64,000 nucleotides of DNA from Mobula hypostoma (lineage: Eukaryota), in contig NC_086108.1 of assembly GCF_963921235.1 (NCBI RefSeq), forward strand, positions 55,926,001 through 55,990,000, read 5' to 3'. Positions 1-12,450 of this stretch are shown in pieces (within the stretch, counting starts at the first letter, position 1; every line of letters begins with the position of its first letter). The notes under the pieces are model-generated. The model was not told the DNA's origin, did not search any database, and saw only the letters and a list, made by a program, of their open reading frames with translations. A program made the position numbers and the translations under genes.

Positions 1-765
1 TTACGCTTACAGGGATAAGTGCCGGGTGGGAGATCCGTGGGGAGGGACGTGTGGATCAGGGAGCCGCGGAGGGACCAATCCCTGCGGAAAGCAGAGAGGG
101 GTGGAGAGGGAAAGATGTGCTTAGTGGTGGGGTCCTGTTGAAGGTGGCAGAAGTTGCAGAGGATAATGTGCCGGATCCAGAGGCTGGTGGGGTGGTAGGT
201 GAGGACAAGGGGAACTCTGTCCCTGTTGTGGTGGCGAGAGGATGGGGTGAGGGCCGAAGTGTGGGAAATGGAGGAGATGCGAGTGAGAGCATCATTGATG
301 ACAGCAGAAGGGAAACCACAATCCTTAAAGAAAGAGGACATTTGAGATGCCCTGGAACAGAAAGCCCCATCCTGGGAGCAGATGTGGCGGAGACGGAGGA
401 ACTGGGAATAGGGAATGACATTTTTGCATGTGGCGAGGTGGGAAGAGGTATAGTCGAGGTAGTTATGAGAGTCAGTGGGCTTGTAGAAGATGTCAGTGGA
501 CAGTCTGTCTCCAGAGATGGAGACCGAGAGATCGAGAAAGGAGAGAGAAGTGTCCGAGATAGACCAAGTGAATTTCAGGGCTGGGGGGAAGTTTGAAGTA
601 AAATTGATGAAATTGACGAGCTCAGCATGGGTGCAGGAAGCAGCAACCAATGTAGTCGTCAATGTAGTGAAGGAAAAGTTGGGGAGAAGTACCAGAATAG
701 GTTTGGAGCACAGACTGTTCCACATAACCAACGAAGAGGCAGGCATAGCTGGGGCCCATGCGAGT
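1..765 (-). mobile_element. Penelope-like element (PLE) RT region, 5'-truncated, running off the window edge
   Basis: Minus-strand translation MGPSYACLFVGYVEQS...FLHYIDDYIG. After a +1 frameshift near 645 it continues ALKFTWSISDTSLSFLDLSV...YKPTDSHNYLDYTSSH...IPYSQFLRLRHICS, which are typical PLE RT and thumb motifs. Confidence 0.92.
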
Positions 766-1499
766 TTTGCTGCTTTCCCATAATTGCAAAGCTAATTTAA
801 CGTTCCTCAACCTCCAAGTGGCTTTAAAAAAAAAACAAAGATCTCACATCATCTGACAACACTTTTATCTATGCTGAAGATTTCTTTTTAGTGGATCATC
901 TGGACTCACTTGAGAAGCTTCATAGATCATTCACTTGTAGTGGAAATCTTGGCCATCTCACAAGATGTTTGTAGTAATTCCTTAGAACAACTTCCTGCCG
1001 GTGCACAATTATCTAAAGGATTTCAGGACAGTCATGTTCAACAGTGATGATCGAGTGATCTGTGCTCATATTTTGTTGAAATACATGCTGGCATTTTTCT
1101 CTACAGCTGCCCGTTTTCCAGGATGATCAGTTATGACAATGGTTCTGTACTCTCCTAACTACAGCCTGTACAGACTTTGGCCAAAAATCTGAAGTACTAT
1201 GCAAATTCTTCTTCTGCAGGTAAGAGACTCCTTACCTCTGCACTTCTGTCATGGTACTTTTTTTCATTTTTAATAGTTTGTTCTATATTTTGGTTTTCAC
1301 TTTGGGAAGGTAAGATTTAAAGGTGGCTTCAATTTCTTTGCCCGTAAGTAACTCTACAGGAGATGGTGTAGCTATAGACTATAGTATTATGAACAGGAAC
1401 TGAGACACTTAGTTTTCAATGCTGCTTCCTTGCACTTTCTTGGTTCCTTCTTTGAAAGTCTAAACGGCTCTCCTCACTTAAATCATTAGAGAAAAGATG

Positions 1500-2870
1500 A
1501 ACTGGACAGATGTTGCATAAATTTTGCCATTTTGTTTCTTCGGTGTGCTTCTTAACAACTTCAACCATGCTTGTGAAGCAACTTCCATTGTCTGATACAA
1601 ACATATGAGATAATCACGGCACTGAAAATTTGTCTCATCCTTCAGTTTTGACACTTGACACTAAAGCATTCATTGGGCATACAGCATCAAGAATAGCTGA
1701 CCTACAAAAAGTCTCGACTGTAGGTACTCGGACAATTCAAAAGTATGCAAGGAAGAAGAATCAGGTATTTTTCTGTTTTTGCTCAAGACTACACTTCTTG
1801 TTCAATGCAGTTGAGATCAATTATTCTCTACAGCTGCCTGTGTTTTGGCATACACCCTGGTGACCTTTCAGGTAATCTTCCATTCAATGGGAATCACAGC
1901 ACAAATGCCTTATGGTAATACCTCACAAGATAGGATTAACTTTTGATCAGTAGTGTAGTAGATGAGCTATCAACAGCCTATATATTTCTTTGGAATGCAC
2001 TAAAGCTTTTCCAAGAGCTTCAGGCCATATCCACCTCCTTTCACAGTTACTGATGCAGTAAAGTTAAGAACTTTGTGATATTTGGCAAGTAGTGTTGACA
2101 AGAATTTATCATAATAATTCAAAAATCGCATTTAGCTGGGTCCAAAGAAATAGAACTGGATTTAACCTTTTCAAACTGTAGATAACCCTTTGCACCCACA
2201 CATTATACAAAGTACTGTACTTCATTTGTCAAAGAAGGTACATGTTGCCCTGTGTTTTCCAGTCTGGTGAACACATATTGCACATATCAGGAATTCTTCC
2301 CCCATGTCTCTGTAACCTGGATATTCTTGTATTTCCTATCAACAATGATGGAGGTCATTTGGTCTATTGAAACTTTGCAGACTGCCAGCATGATTTCATC
2401 AATTCTACCCCCCTACTTATATCAGTCAAGTATACAGCAACCCTAGGAATGCCCTGAAACAACCCTTCCATGTTCCTCTGAAAGACAGCAGCTACAAACA
2501 AAACTTAAAGGTAGTCGGTGAATAAGCTCTTGTTTCTATTGGCATCCAAAAATATCTTTGTCTGATCCTCTGGTTCTATTCATTGATCCATATGAGTTGT
2601 ATTGAAGTTGATGAACTTCTCACCCAACAAAACTACAAATAACTCTTCAGTTTGATGAATGGAATAGGGTCAAGACTTGATTAATGATAGCTAGCAATAT
2701 TCACAATTCCTGATGGATCCTCAAACACTGGCACTGTGGATGTGACCTGATCTGGAGTACTTAACTGGTTAATCATCTTCTCTCTGAGAAGCCTGCCGAT
2801 CAATGCTTCCAATTTTGGTTTTGTTGTGTTTTGTTTCATCTGACACCGACCTTGGCTTTAAAAACCATAC
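1500..2870 (-). mobile_element. Highly decayed Gypsy/Ty3 pol remnant (RT/RNaseH/integrase)
   Basis: Integrase motif FVSDNGSCFTS (1604-1570), a GHQGV zinc-finger remnant (~1850) and TSTVPV, which resembles the RT start (~2740). Many stop codons. Confidence 0.6.
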
Positions 2871-2924
2871 TGGATCATCTGGACAGCATTACAAAAAGTA
2901 CAGATACAACCCACTCTATCTCAG

Positions 2925-3408
2925 GGAGTGCTCCCTCCACCATTGTGCACATCCACAAGGAGCACTGCCACATGAAGCCTGCAACCATGATCAAAGAACC
3001 ACACCATCCAGGCTACGCTTGATTCTCACTTCCGCCATCGGGAAGTATGTACAAGAGTCTTCGATCCCATGCACCAGGTTCAGGAACAGTTATTACCCTT
3101 TAACCATCAGGCTCCTGAACCAACATGGATAATTTCACCCACTTCAACTCTGAACTGATTCCACAACCTATGGACTCACTTTCAATGACTCTAAAATGTT
3201 GTTCTCAGTACTATTTATTTATTCATTTATTTTTGTGTTTTGTCTTCTTCTGCACGTTGGTTGTTTGCAGTCTTTGTTTGTGTGTAGGTTTTCATTGATT
3301 CTATTGTATATCTCTGTTCTGCTGTGAATCCCAGCAAGAAAATATATCACAAGGTAGTATATGGTGATATATTCTATATGTCCTTTGATAATAAACTTAC
3401 TGAGAACT
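2925..3408 (+). mobile_element. Rex1/Babar LINE 3' fragment
   Basis: HHPG...TRFRNSYYPLTIRLLN C-terminal motif, plus the 3' UTR ending GATAATAAAC shared with other Rex1 copies in the window. Confidence 0.85.
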
Positions 3409-3650
3409 ATTTATTTATTTATTTATTTATTTATTTGGAGATCTAGCCCAATCATGGGAAAATTTACAATAACCAATAAACGTACTAACTGGCACATCAT
3501 TAGATTTTGAGAGGAAACTGGAGCACTCCGAGGAAATTCACACACTCGTGAGGAGAACGTACAGACTCTGTACAGAAGATGCTGGAATTAAACTCTGAAC
3601 TCTGACACCCTGAACTGCAATAGCATTGCGCTAACCACTACGCAACCGTG
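3409..3650 (-). mobile_element. tRNA-derived V-SINE (HE1-like) with (AAAT)n tail
   Basis: Minus strand reads tRNA-like head GTAGTGGTTAGCGC...GTTTAATTCC, then V-domain TTTCCTCGGAGTGCTCCAGTTTCCTC. The (ATTT)n array at 3409-3436 is the tail. Confidence 0.8.
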
Positions 3651-5074
3651 AAATTTGGATTTTGTTTTGGGCGCACTTCAATGTACTCTGCTCCTTTTTT
3701 GAAAACGTCTTGTAATAAAGTCTCATCCTTCACAACATAATGAATGTAACTCCATTCTGGAGGTATTTGTTTTCAACAGCCTTTTCCAACAGGTCCAGTC
3801 CAGAGCCTACAGCAACTACCAATGTTATGGTTTTAACATGTCTTTGGCATTTCGCTGTCATAGCAGCAAATCCACCTATTCCAGTCCTTTCATGTGGAAC
3901 AGAGAAAGTTGAGGTGTAGTGTTTGTTAGCCATTCAGCTCCTTATCTTTCTGGTTTATCAGTGTAACACCACACCCATTGTCAAGATGAACTGTCACAAT
4001 TATGTCTTTTATCTTCATTACATCAGTCAATGCTTCTTCTCTTGTTCAGTCAACCCTCTTTATGTGGAACATGGAGAGGCTACACTGTGTTGCAATCTTC
4101 ATTTGCTTTCTTCTTACACTGACATTGGTGGACACTTAGGAAATTTGTAGCAACTTCACTTGATTTCTTTCCATTCTGTTTTCTCAACTTTATTATTGTT
4201 CCACAAGCCCCGGCATTATGGCCCTTCAAAGCATAGGTGTGACACTTCATCTTTGAACTAGTATTAAGAAGATGTATTATTCCCTCCATAATAACCTTGA
4301 TTTAGCTTCTGAAAGTGGTTTAATTTGCTTCAGCGCAGAGTCTTTTACAGCATGTCCTCTGTGCATGCTGTTACATGGAATAGCAGGCCCAACTTGGATG
4401 TTTTGAGTATTTTTACTTGCCGATTCCCTGCTTTTCCATGATCTTGCTTGGCTTTAGGTTCAGGTGATTGTTTAACAAATTCCCAGATGCCTGAAGGATT
4501 TTAAGATCAGGTTATCTCGAGCTCAGCAGATTTTTCAGTAAAGTATATTTAGGAGCTCCCATGACACTGATTAAAGTAGACTTACATTTATTTCCATTAT
4601 CAATTTCAGGAAAGAAATGTGCCGATGCTCCACACATCAAATGTAGCAACTGAGCCTATTGTTGTAATCATTACTCTTTTCATAATTTTTCTATTTTCTT
4701 ATGCACGTAGTTGTTAGTTTGTCATCATTCCCCCTGGGTTTTTGCTAAAATGAGTGTTCTTCAGTCACCTCACTTCAGGAACAATTTTCCTCATCACCAA
4801 AGTCATCACCTTGAACAAAAATGGGAGACAGATACATCAATTAGACAGCTTTATCCATGGCTTGCTGAGCTAGCTCAAGTCTAGCAGCTACATCCCAAAT
4901 GGCTTCCAAACGTTAGGAAGCCTTTAATGCACAATGACCCCTACAGGCTTGGAAGGTAATGATCAATCTGACATTAATGCACTCTCCTTCTGTCTCTTCT
5001 CTCTCTGCTTTTCTTATTGCCTCTGCCTCAGCCCCTGCTCTTCCCCTTTTCCTGCCGCTGACTCTGTCTCTTCC

Positions 5075-5165
5075 ACGGATACTGCCCGACCTGCTGAGTT
5101 CCTCCAGCATGTTGTGAGTGTTGCTTTGACCCCAGCATCTGCAGATTATTTTGTGTTTCTGTCTC
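5075..5165 (+). mobile_element. Short PLE 3'-terminal fragment between 26-bp direct repeats
   Basis: GATACTGCCCGACCTGCTGAGTTCCTCCAGCAT...CCAGCATCTGCAGA, flanked by TTCCTGCCGCTGACTCTGTCTCTTCC at 5049-5074 and 5166-5191. Confidence 0.85.
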
Positions 5166-5589
5166 TTCCTGCCGCTGACTCTGTCTCTTCCTCTCCTTCT
5201 CCTTTCACAAGATGAAACTTCTGCCACTCCACCCTCTGAAGGCCTCTCAGAATCTTATATAGTTCAAACATCCCCTCCCTCTTTCATAAACTTCATCAGA
5301 CACAGGCCTAGCTGTCCCACCTTTCCTGGATCCTGCCCATTCTGGAATTTAGTTTCACCAAATGGAGCTGGGATAATATTGAAAGCCTGAGACGATGCAT
5401 TGGAGCACAGAGAAGCTCTGTATATGTGAAAGAAGGAGAGCACCACCCCACAAACTGCTCATCCACCTGTCTTGTCAGCCACCTCCAAAGTGTCTGTTGT
5501 TTTCACATTGACCTCACTGGCCTCCTCAAAACCCACTTAACCGGTATGGAATCACATCATCCTTGATTGCAAGAGACTGCCTAAGGAGA

Positions 5590-6060
5590 ATAAAATAACA
5601 TAACTGAAGAATAATTCCATAATTTGTGTTCAATCCTCCAGGCAATAAATAGTAACATTCTGAGTATCTGTATTGTCGTTTACAAAAACCTGAATACTTC
5701 CCTTTTTGTCCACCATGCATCCCAGATGTCTCACCGTCTGGAAAACGTGATTTTTATTTTTCCTGCTGGGATGCACTATTTTCCCACATTATTCTGCATT
5801 TGCCAGACCTTTGCCCACTCACTTAGCTTGTTTTTACCCTTTGCAGCCTCCTTGCGGCTTATTTCCACTTTACTTCTCAACCTATATATTGTGTCTTCAG
5901 CAACCATATCTTTAGTGCTTTCATCCAATATACAGTATATAAATTGTGCAAAATTGAGGTCTCAATACCCATCACCCTGGCATAGCGATTACTGGATTTT
6001 GACAACCAGAGTGAAGCTTGCATTTCCTTCTGTTCCGCTTATGGGATCCTTTTATCTGCA
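5590..6060 (-). mobile_element. Old CR1 LINE RT fragment
   Basis: Minus-strand LSEWAKVWQMQNNVGK matches the CR1 motif seen in younger copies in this window (WADAWQMQFNVDKC). Confidence 0.65.
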
Positions 6061-7577
6061 AATTGTCTGCTATTTTGATTTTAATGATCAGAAGTTTCCA
6101 TGTCTGTGAAAAATGTATTTCAACAATCAAAATTACCTTGTATATAGATGTAACTAACTAGCAGCACTTAACATTTCCATTGCCATTTATCAGGAGAGAT
6201 GCAGTTTTTGCTCTGTTGTGCAGCTTTTCTTCAGTACAATTTTCTCAAATTTGTTTCCAATATAAATCCTTTATTTTTCTCTCATCACCTGACTATATAT
6301 TCCCTAATCGTCCTGCGATATTTTTCCTTCTCTATTTCCAACTTTCTTGATTATAACCTTCAATGGCAATCGACTGCCAGGCTTTATCTCTGAAATTCAA
6401 TTCAATTCAGTGTTTAATTGTCATTTAACCATACATAAATATTCATGAATACAACTAAATGAGACAGCGTAACTATGGGGTCAAGGTGCAAAGACACATT
6501 ACCAACAGTCACACACAGTACACACACACGGTCACAATCGCGTAATACGAGCCCTGGGGCCCAGCTCCCCCCTCTGCCCCCCGCGACACCGTGGTTTGAT
6601 GTATAAAAGTCAACAAACCCATATAGTATATCAGTAAAAAGTACAATGACACAGAATATGTGTGTGTGTATATAGTCCAGTTTATAGTAGATTATAGTAG
6701 ATAATAGTAGAGTTTATAGTAGATAAATTACTGAAGGCTTGGTGGCTTGAGGACACACAGCAAGTGCTGAGACATGGGATAATGAAAGGTGGGGCAGGCT
6801 TGAGCTACATCTGTTCCTGCTTTCTTGTGCAATTGTGACTCAGAATTTTGTTTGATAATGGTATTATGAAGGGCCTTGAGACATGTAAATAGATGCTATA
6901 TAAATGCAAGTTGTTGTTCTTTTCATTGTGGAAAATACAATGATAGGGAGAGGACAGTTTCTCCTTTTCTCTATGAGGTTTAAATTATTAGCAGTATGGA
7001 AAATGAAGTGAAATGAAATCCTCAGTATTGTGGGGTGAGGGGGTTGTTGACAGCTTTATCAAACCATTAGCCCGCAGCTTCCCAGTGATGCTCTTTTAAT
7101 AGGTCCTGTGTAGTAACCTCTTGAGAACATTAATTAAAAGGCGATTTGTTAAATCTTTAGATATTGAACAAATTCTGTCATGTTGATCAATATAATGTAA
7201 TGCATTTTCAGAGGTCCAGCGGTGCTAGGATATACACAATGAATGGTAATGCTCTCATGAGTTTTGAGGGATAGAGAGGCCCTGGTATACAAATCCAAAG
7301 ATTCTTGAAAGTCTCAACACAGATGGTTAAGATGGTGAAGCAGGTAAAATGGATACTTGCCTTCATCGGCCAAAGCTTAAAATATATGATCAGGGAGGTT
7401 ATAGTAAAAGTTCATAAAAGATTGGCTAAGCCACAGCTAGAGGACATGTACTGTTCTGGTTGCTGCATGAAGTGAAAGCCCTATTTGCACTGAGAGGGAG
7501 CAGAGGAGATTCCCCAGCACATTTCCTGGGATGGAATGCATGAAGAGAGTATGAAGAGGTATGAAGAGAGGCAAGAT

Positions 7578-9500
7578 CAGAGGCATTCATGTTTGGTGAC
7601 TAAGAGGTCCAGGTGCAATCTCTGGAAAGCCATCTCAAAGGCAAAGGGGCAATTCCAGACTAAACTTGAATTAACAAAGGATGCTCAATAGTTTTGGCAG
7701 GGCTTGAATGCTATCACTTCTTATAAAGTTAAACCAAGTGACAGCAGGGCTTCACTTCCAGATGAGCTCAATGCCTTCTATGCTCAGTTTGACTGCGAAG
7801 ACATGAAGGAACCATCACAAAATCCCATAGTCCCCGATGATCCTGTCATTTCAGACTCTGAAGCCAACAAGCCAGCAGCCTTAAGAAGTATGAACCCAAG
7901 AAGACCATCCAGCCTAGATGGGGTACCTGACCAAATACGGATCAACTGGCTGGAATGTTCACTGAGATCTTTAACCTCTCACTTTGGCAGGCTGAGGTAT
8001 CCACCTGCTTCAAGTATACCGGTGACTAAGAAGAGCATGGTGACCTGCCTCAATGACTATCATCCAGTAGCACTTACATCCACTGTGATTAAGTGTTTTG
8101 AGAGTTGGTGATGAAACATATCAACTCCTGCTTAAGAAGCATCATGGATCCACTCTAATTTGCCTACCAGAGCAACATATCCACCCCAGATACCGTCTCA
8201 TCGGCTCTTTACTCAACCCTGACACATCTGGACAGCAAAAGTGCATACATTAGTCTGCTCTTTATCGACTACAGCTCAGTATTCAACACCATCATCCCCT
8301 CAAAACTAATCAATAAGTTCTAACACCCTCGCCTCAACACTTCCTTGTGCAATTGGATCCTCTATTTCTTCACTTGCAGACCCCACTCATTTTGGTTTGG
8401 AAACAATATCTCCTCAACAATCTCCATCAGTACAATTGCACCACAAGGCTGTGTGCTTAGCCCCCTGCTGTACTACTTTACACTGTGGCTAAGCACAGCT
8501 CTAATGCTATATTCAAGTTTGCTAATGATATAACTGTTGAAGGTCAAATCAAAGGTGGTGATGAATCAGCATATAGGATGCAGATTGAAAATCTGCTTAG
8601 TGATGCCAGCTTATCAACCTCTTACTCAATATCAGCAAGATCAAGGAGCTCATTATTGACCAGGAGAATGAAACTAGAGGTCCATGAACCAGTCCTCATC
8701 AGAGGATGAGAGGTGGAGAGGGTCAGCAACTTTAAATTCCTCTGTGTTATTATTTCAGACAACCTGCCCTGGGCCCAGCATGTAAGTGTAATTATGAAGA
8801 AAGCACAGCAGTGCCTCTAGTTCCTTTGAAGTTTGTGAAGGCACGGCATGACCTTGACAAACTTCTATAGATGTGATGTGGAGACAGAATTGACTGGCTG
8901 CATCACAGCCTGGTATGGAAAAAGCAATGCCCTTGAAAGGAAAATCCTACAAAAAGTAGTGGATAAAGCCCATTCCAACACAGGTAAAGTCTCTCCCACC
9001 ACTGAGCACCTCTGCAAGGAGCATTGTCACAGGAAAGCAGCCAACATCATCCGGAACCCCCACCCAGGCCATCACTCTCTTCTCGCTGCTGCTGTCAGGA
9101 AGAAGGTACAGGAATCTCAGGACTCACACCACCAGGTTCAGGAACAGTTATTACCCCTCAACCATCAGGCTCTTGAACCAGGGGGGATAACTTCACTCAA
9201 ATTCACTTGCACCATCTTTGAAATGTTCCCAAACCTATGGACTCACTTTCAAGGACTCTTCATCTCATGTTCTCGATATTTATTGCTTATTTATTTATTA
9301 TTATGCTTTCTTTTTAGATTTGCACACCTTGTTGTCTTTTGCACTCTGGTTCACTGCCTAAACTGGCGCAGTTTTCCATTGATTCTGTTATGGTTATTTT
9401 CTATTATGGATTTATTGAGTATGCCTGCAAGAAAATGAATCTCAGGATTATATATGGTGATATATATGTACTTTGATAATAAATTTTACGTGGAACTTTG
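7578..9500 (+). mobile_element. Rex1/Babar LINE, 5'-truncated, decayed RT
   Basis: [44 protein letters not shown] and ITAWYG motifs; 3' tail GATAATAAATTTTAC..GAACTTTG; AAGAT on both flanks. Confidence 0.92.
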
Positions 9501-9562
9501 AAGATAGGTTGGGTTAATTTTCCCTGGAGCAGTGGAATGTGTGGGAGAACCAATAGAGATGT

Positions 9563-10122
9563 GTTGTTCGTCCATCATTGACGTCGATGAGGACCTCGAC
9601 ACCATTATGATGGTGTCGAGACTAGCGCGTGATTTGGACTTAAGTGAGGGAGAGTTGCGCAGCGTCAGCCTCACTCTCTCTTCCCAATTCCCACCTGGAT
9701 CCAGTGGCAAGACAGAGTCTAGACGGCTGGAGATGGGACTAGGCGCAGTGGATGACCAGGACGTCTTCTGTGTCTTGTCCTGCTCTACACGTTCCACAAT
9801 GCTTGCAGAGACCGCCTTCTTGACCGTTGGACCTTCCATTGGTCTCGTCCGCTCAATCCGCCGGAGTCTGTCTTCACATGCTGGGATAGACAACTCCCTA
9901 TCTCACCGAGGGTTTAAGACCCGTCGGCTACCCTCACCTGGTTTAGCCGGCTTGTCGAAGCCGTTGCCCGGGGTGTGGCTGCTGTCGCATGCAAACAGCT
10001 ACGAGAAGCCACAGGTGAGAACTGAGTGCCAGGTGGGGACCAAAGGTGGACTCCACACCCTGAAAAGGACGCGACATGTTCCCCCACCAGAGGTGCTACC
10101 CCTCCCTGACACCCCATACACC
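9563..10122 (-). mobile_element. Non-autonomous RTE-derived (bipartite, SINE-like) element
   Basis: Exact 13-bp TSD CCAATAGAGATGT (9550-9562 / 10123-10135). CpG-rich. Minus strand ends GGACGAACAAC, with an 11-bp perfect hairpin at 9595-9620 near that end. Family and strand assigned from recalled similarity to RTE-derived SINEs. Confidence 0.75.
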
Positions 10123-10304
10123 CCAATAGAGATGTACATAATTAAGTGTGGCACACTTAGAATAAAAGGTTTAAAAAAAAACTGTTCCCCATAATAGAGG
10201 TGTCAGAATGAGTGGTTTGAGGTAAGTTGTAGAACGTTTAGAGGGAATCTAAGGAATTTATTCACCTAATGGATGGTATCTGGAAGGTTCGGTATAAGTG
10301 GGTT

Positions 10305-10637
10305 GTTCAAAAGTTCATAGTTCAAGGTAAATTTATTATTAAAGTATGTATATGTCATCATATACTACCCTGAGATTCATTTTCTTGCAGGCATTCACAG
10401 TGGAACAAAGAAACACAACAGAATCAATGAAAAACTACACACAAAGACTGGCAAGCAACCAATGTGCAAAAAAAGACAAACTGTACAAATACAAATAATA
10501 AATAAATATGTAAATATTAAAATGTTAATCATTGAGAACATGAGTTGTAGAGTTCTTGAAAAAGAGTCCATAGGTTGTGTTCAGTGATCAGTTCAATGTT
10601 GAGGTGAATTAAGTTATCCATGCTAGTTCAGGAGCCT
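10305..10637 (-). mobile_element. Rex1/Babar 3' UTR fragment
   Basis: Reverse complement of the Rex1 tail at 9150-9500 (GTTCAAGGTAAATTTATTATTAAAGTA...). Confidence 0.85.
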
Positions 10638-12199
10638 GTGGAGACAGCTACTAGATACCACTTAAGAGGTACCTAGATGAGCACTTAAGTTAACGAGGCA
10701 TGGAAGGCTATGAGCCAGGTGCTGGTTAAAGGAATAACTAGAGATGTATACTCAATGGTTGGCCTAGACAGGGATGAAGAGACTATCTTTATATTGTATG
10801 ACCTCTTAGCTGTACGACTGCAGTTTTTCATTGGAGTCCGAACAATGCTATTTACAGCAGAAAGAAATTGATTACTAATTTATGCAACCTTCCTGTGAAT
10901 TTGGTCATTGAGTTCTTATTTTCTTCAGCTGGGCTGTAACGTAAAGCTCTCTGCAAGTATTCTGACTCTAAACTGGCTAACTGGACAGATCGACTACATA
11001 AATCAATGGGGTCACCTGTCAAAGGATTCCTGCCTATTTGCATCTCATCCCAGTGGATTGTTAACCTTTATTTCTCTCATTTCTTAAAACCTTTCCCTCA
11101 ATGGAGACCAGAGGAGTCACCATGGCAAGAGGCCCTTTGATTGCAGCCAATGTTCAAAAATAGAAATGCAATTCAGTGACCTGTGTTTCTACTATCTCAC
11201 TCCAGTTGTATTGTTGATAATTCAATTTAATTCTGCAACCTTTATTGCTAAATGTGTGTGTCTGTATAAGGGTGGATTATCTGGTTGTTTAAAATATCTC
11301 TGGCACACTGGGAATTGAAGGCTGAATCTACCAAGCTAAATGATGTAGCAGCTCTGCGCTGGATGGTTAAAAATAGTAACAGGTGAGGATAACATTTTCT
11401 TCAATCCCCTGAGATCACCTTGTAGGAATGTAATGAAACAGTCTATTTGAATTGATTAACTCCAGTGTGATGCTGCTATTTAGCTGCTGACAGTGCATTT
11501 TAGTCTCCCTTCTAGGCTTTTGTCTTAAATATCAAAGAAACAAATGTTCTGTCTGGGCATTTGCTATTATGAGAATTTTGTGCCAATGGCTGCCACACCA
11601 ATTTGATGACTCCACTGCCAACTTCTTATCATTCATTTTCAAATGTTCTTTATCTTCTAATATATGTAACCTTTATCATTAATTTCAGCACAGTATTTGG
11701 ATTGCTGATCTAAATGGGTAAGATACTTGGTTGAGAAATGGAGTAATTTTGTTGCACCACAAAACAGTTGGCAACGGTCTGCCTTTGTAAGCTCCCTTTC
11801 TCAAACTTATGTCAAAGTAATGCTGCTGGCATTTAACATGAGTCTGTTCCAGTTAGCTGCTATTGCCTATTTGCTCACTCTAGCTCACAGTCCAGCATCA
11901 CTGATGGTCCTCTCTGCTGATAGTAATGTGACTCTATCACCAGGGTGATGATCTGGGCTTAAACCCCAAGGATAGGGTAGTTTGTCCTGCCAAGATGGGC
12001 CTCTACCAGTGTGAATGTCCTTGACAGACTCAAATCTGTCTCCTCATATGAGGACACCACTTGAAGTCCTCCCAGCTGGGCTAACAATTCTCTACTTCCA
12101 TTCTGAAACAGATTATTTTGGAATTAAATTGAGTGAGCCATATGAAAGTTTGTGACTTGGAGGAACTTATGCTAGTTTAGCTCAACTTATGTGTCATTT

Positions 12200-12369
12200 G
12201 ACCAGTAGCTAATCTGAACATTGGAAGTTTGGGAGGAAGGGATTTCACTTAGGCCCACTACCCGAGTAGAAGAAGGGAGCAGTGGGTCGTGGCAGTGTAA
12301 TAGAGCTTAGACCAGTGACCAATCTGGACATCAGAAGTTTGAGAGGAGGGGATTTCACTCGGGTTCACT
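12200..12369 (+). repeat. Imperfect ~60-bp direct repeat with 110-bp period in the putative CR1 5' UTR
   Basis: GACCAGT..AATCTG.ACAT..GAAGTTTG.GAGGA.GGGATTTCACT at 12200 and at 12310. Confidence 0.75.
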
Positions 12370-12450
12370 CAGATCCTTCCCTTCTTTATATCTGCTCAGC
12401 CAGGATAGTTGAGATGCCAGGCAGATAGAGTCCCCAGCATTCTTAAGTGA

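Larger units (their letters stand above)
7210..10805 (+). mobile_element. Old CR1 3' fragment split by three later insertions
   Basis: Collinear CR1 pieces at 7210-7577, 9501-9562, 10123-10305 and 10640-10805. Confidence 0.7.

Noticed and set aside
51..596. 181-aa + strand ORF
   Set aside because: Antisense shadow of the Penelope RT on the minus strand.
5049..5191. Repeat-spacer-repeat pattern resembling CRISPR
   Set aside because: Only two repeats, the spacer is a PLE fragment, and the context is eukaryotic with no cas genes.
6670..6727. Short (ATAGTAGA)-like tandem array
   Set aside because: Ordinary low-complexity slippage repeat.
9486..10194. 220-aa and 135-aa overlapping ORFs
   Set aside because: They cross the TSD boundaries of a GC-rich repeat and show no protein motif.
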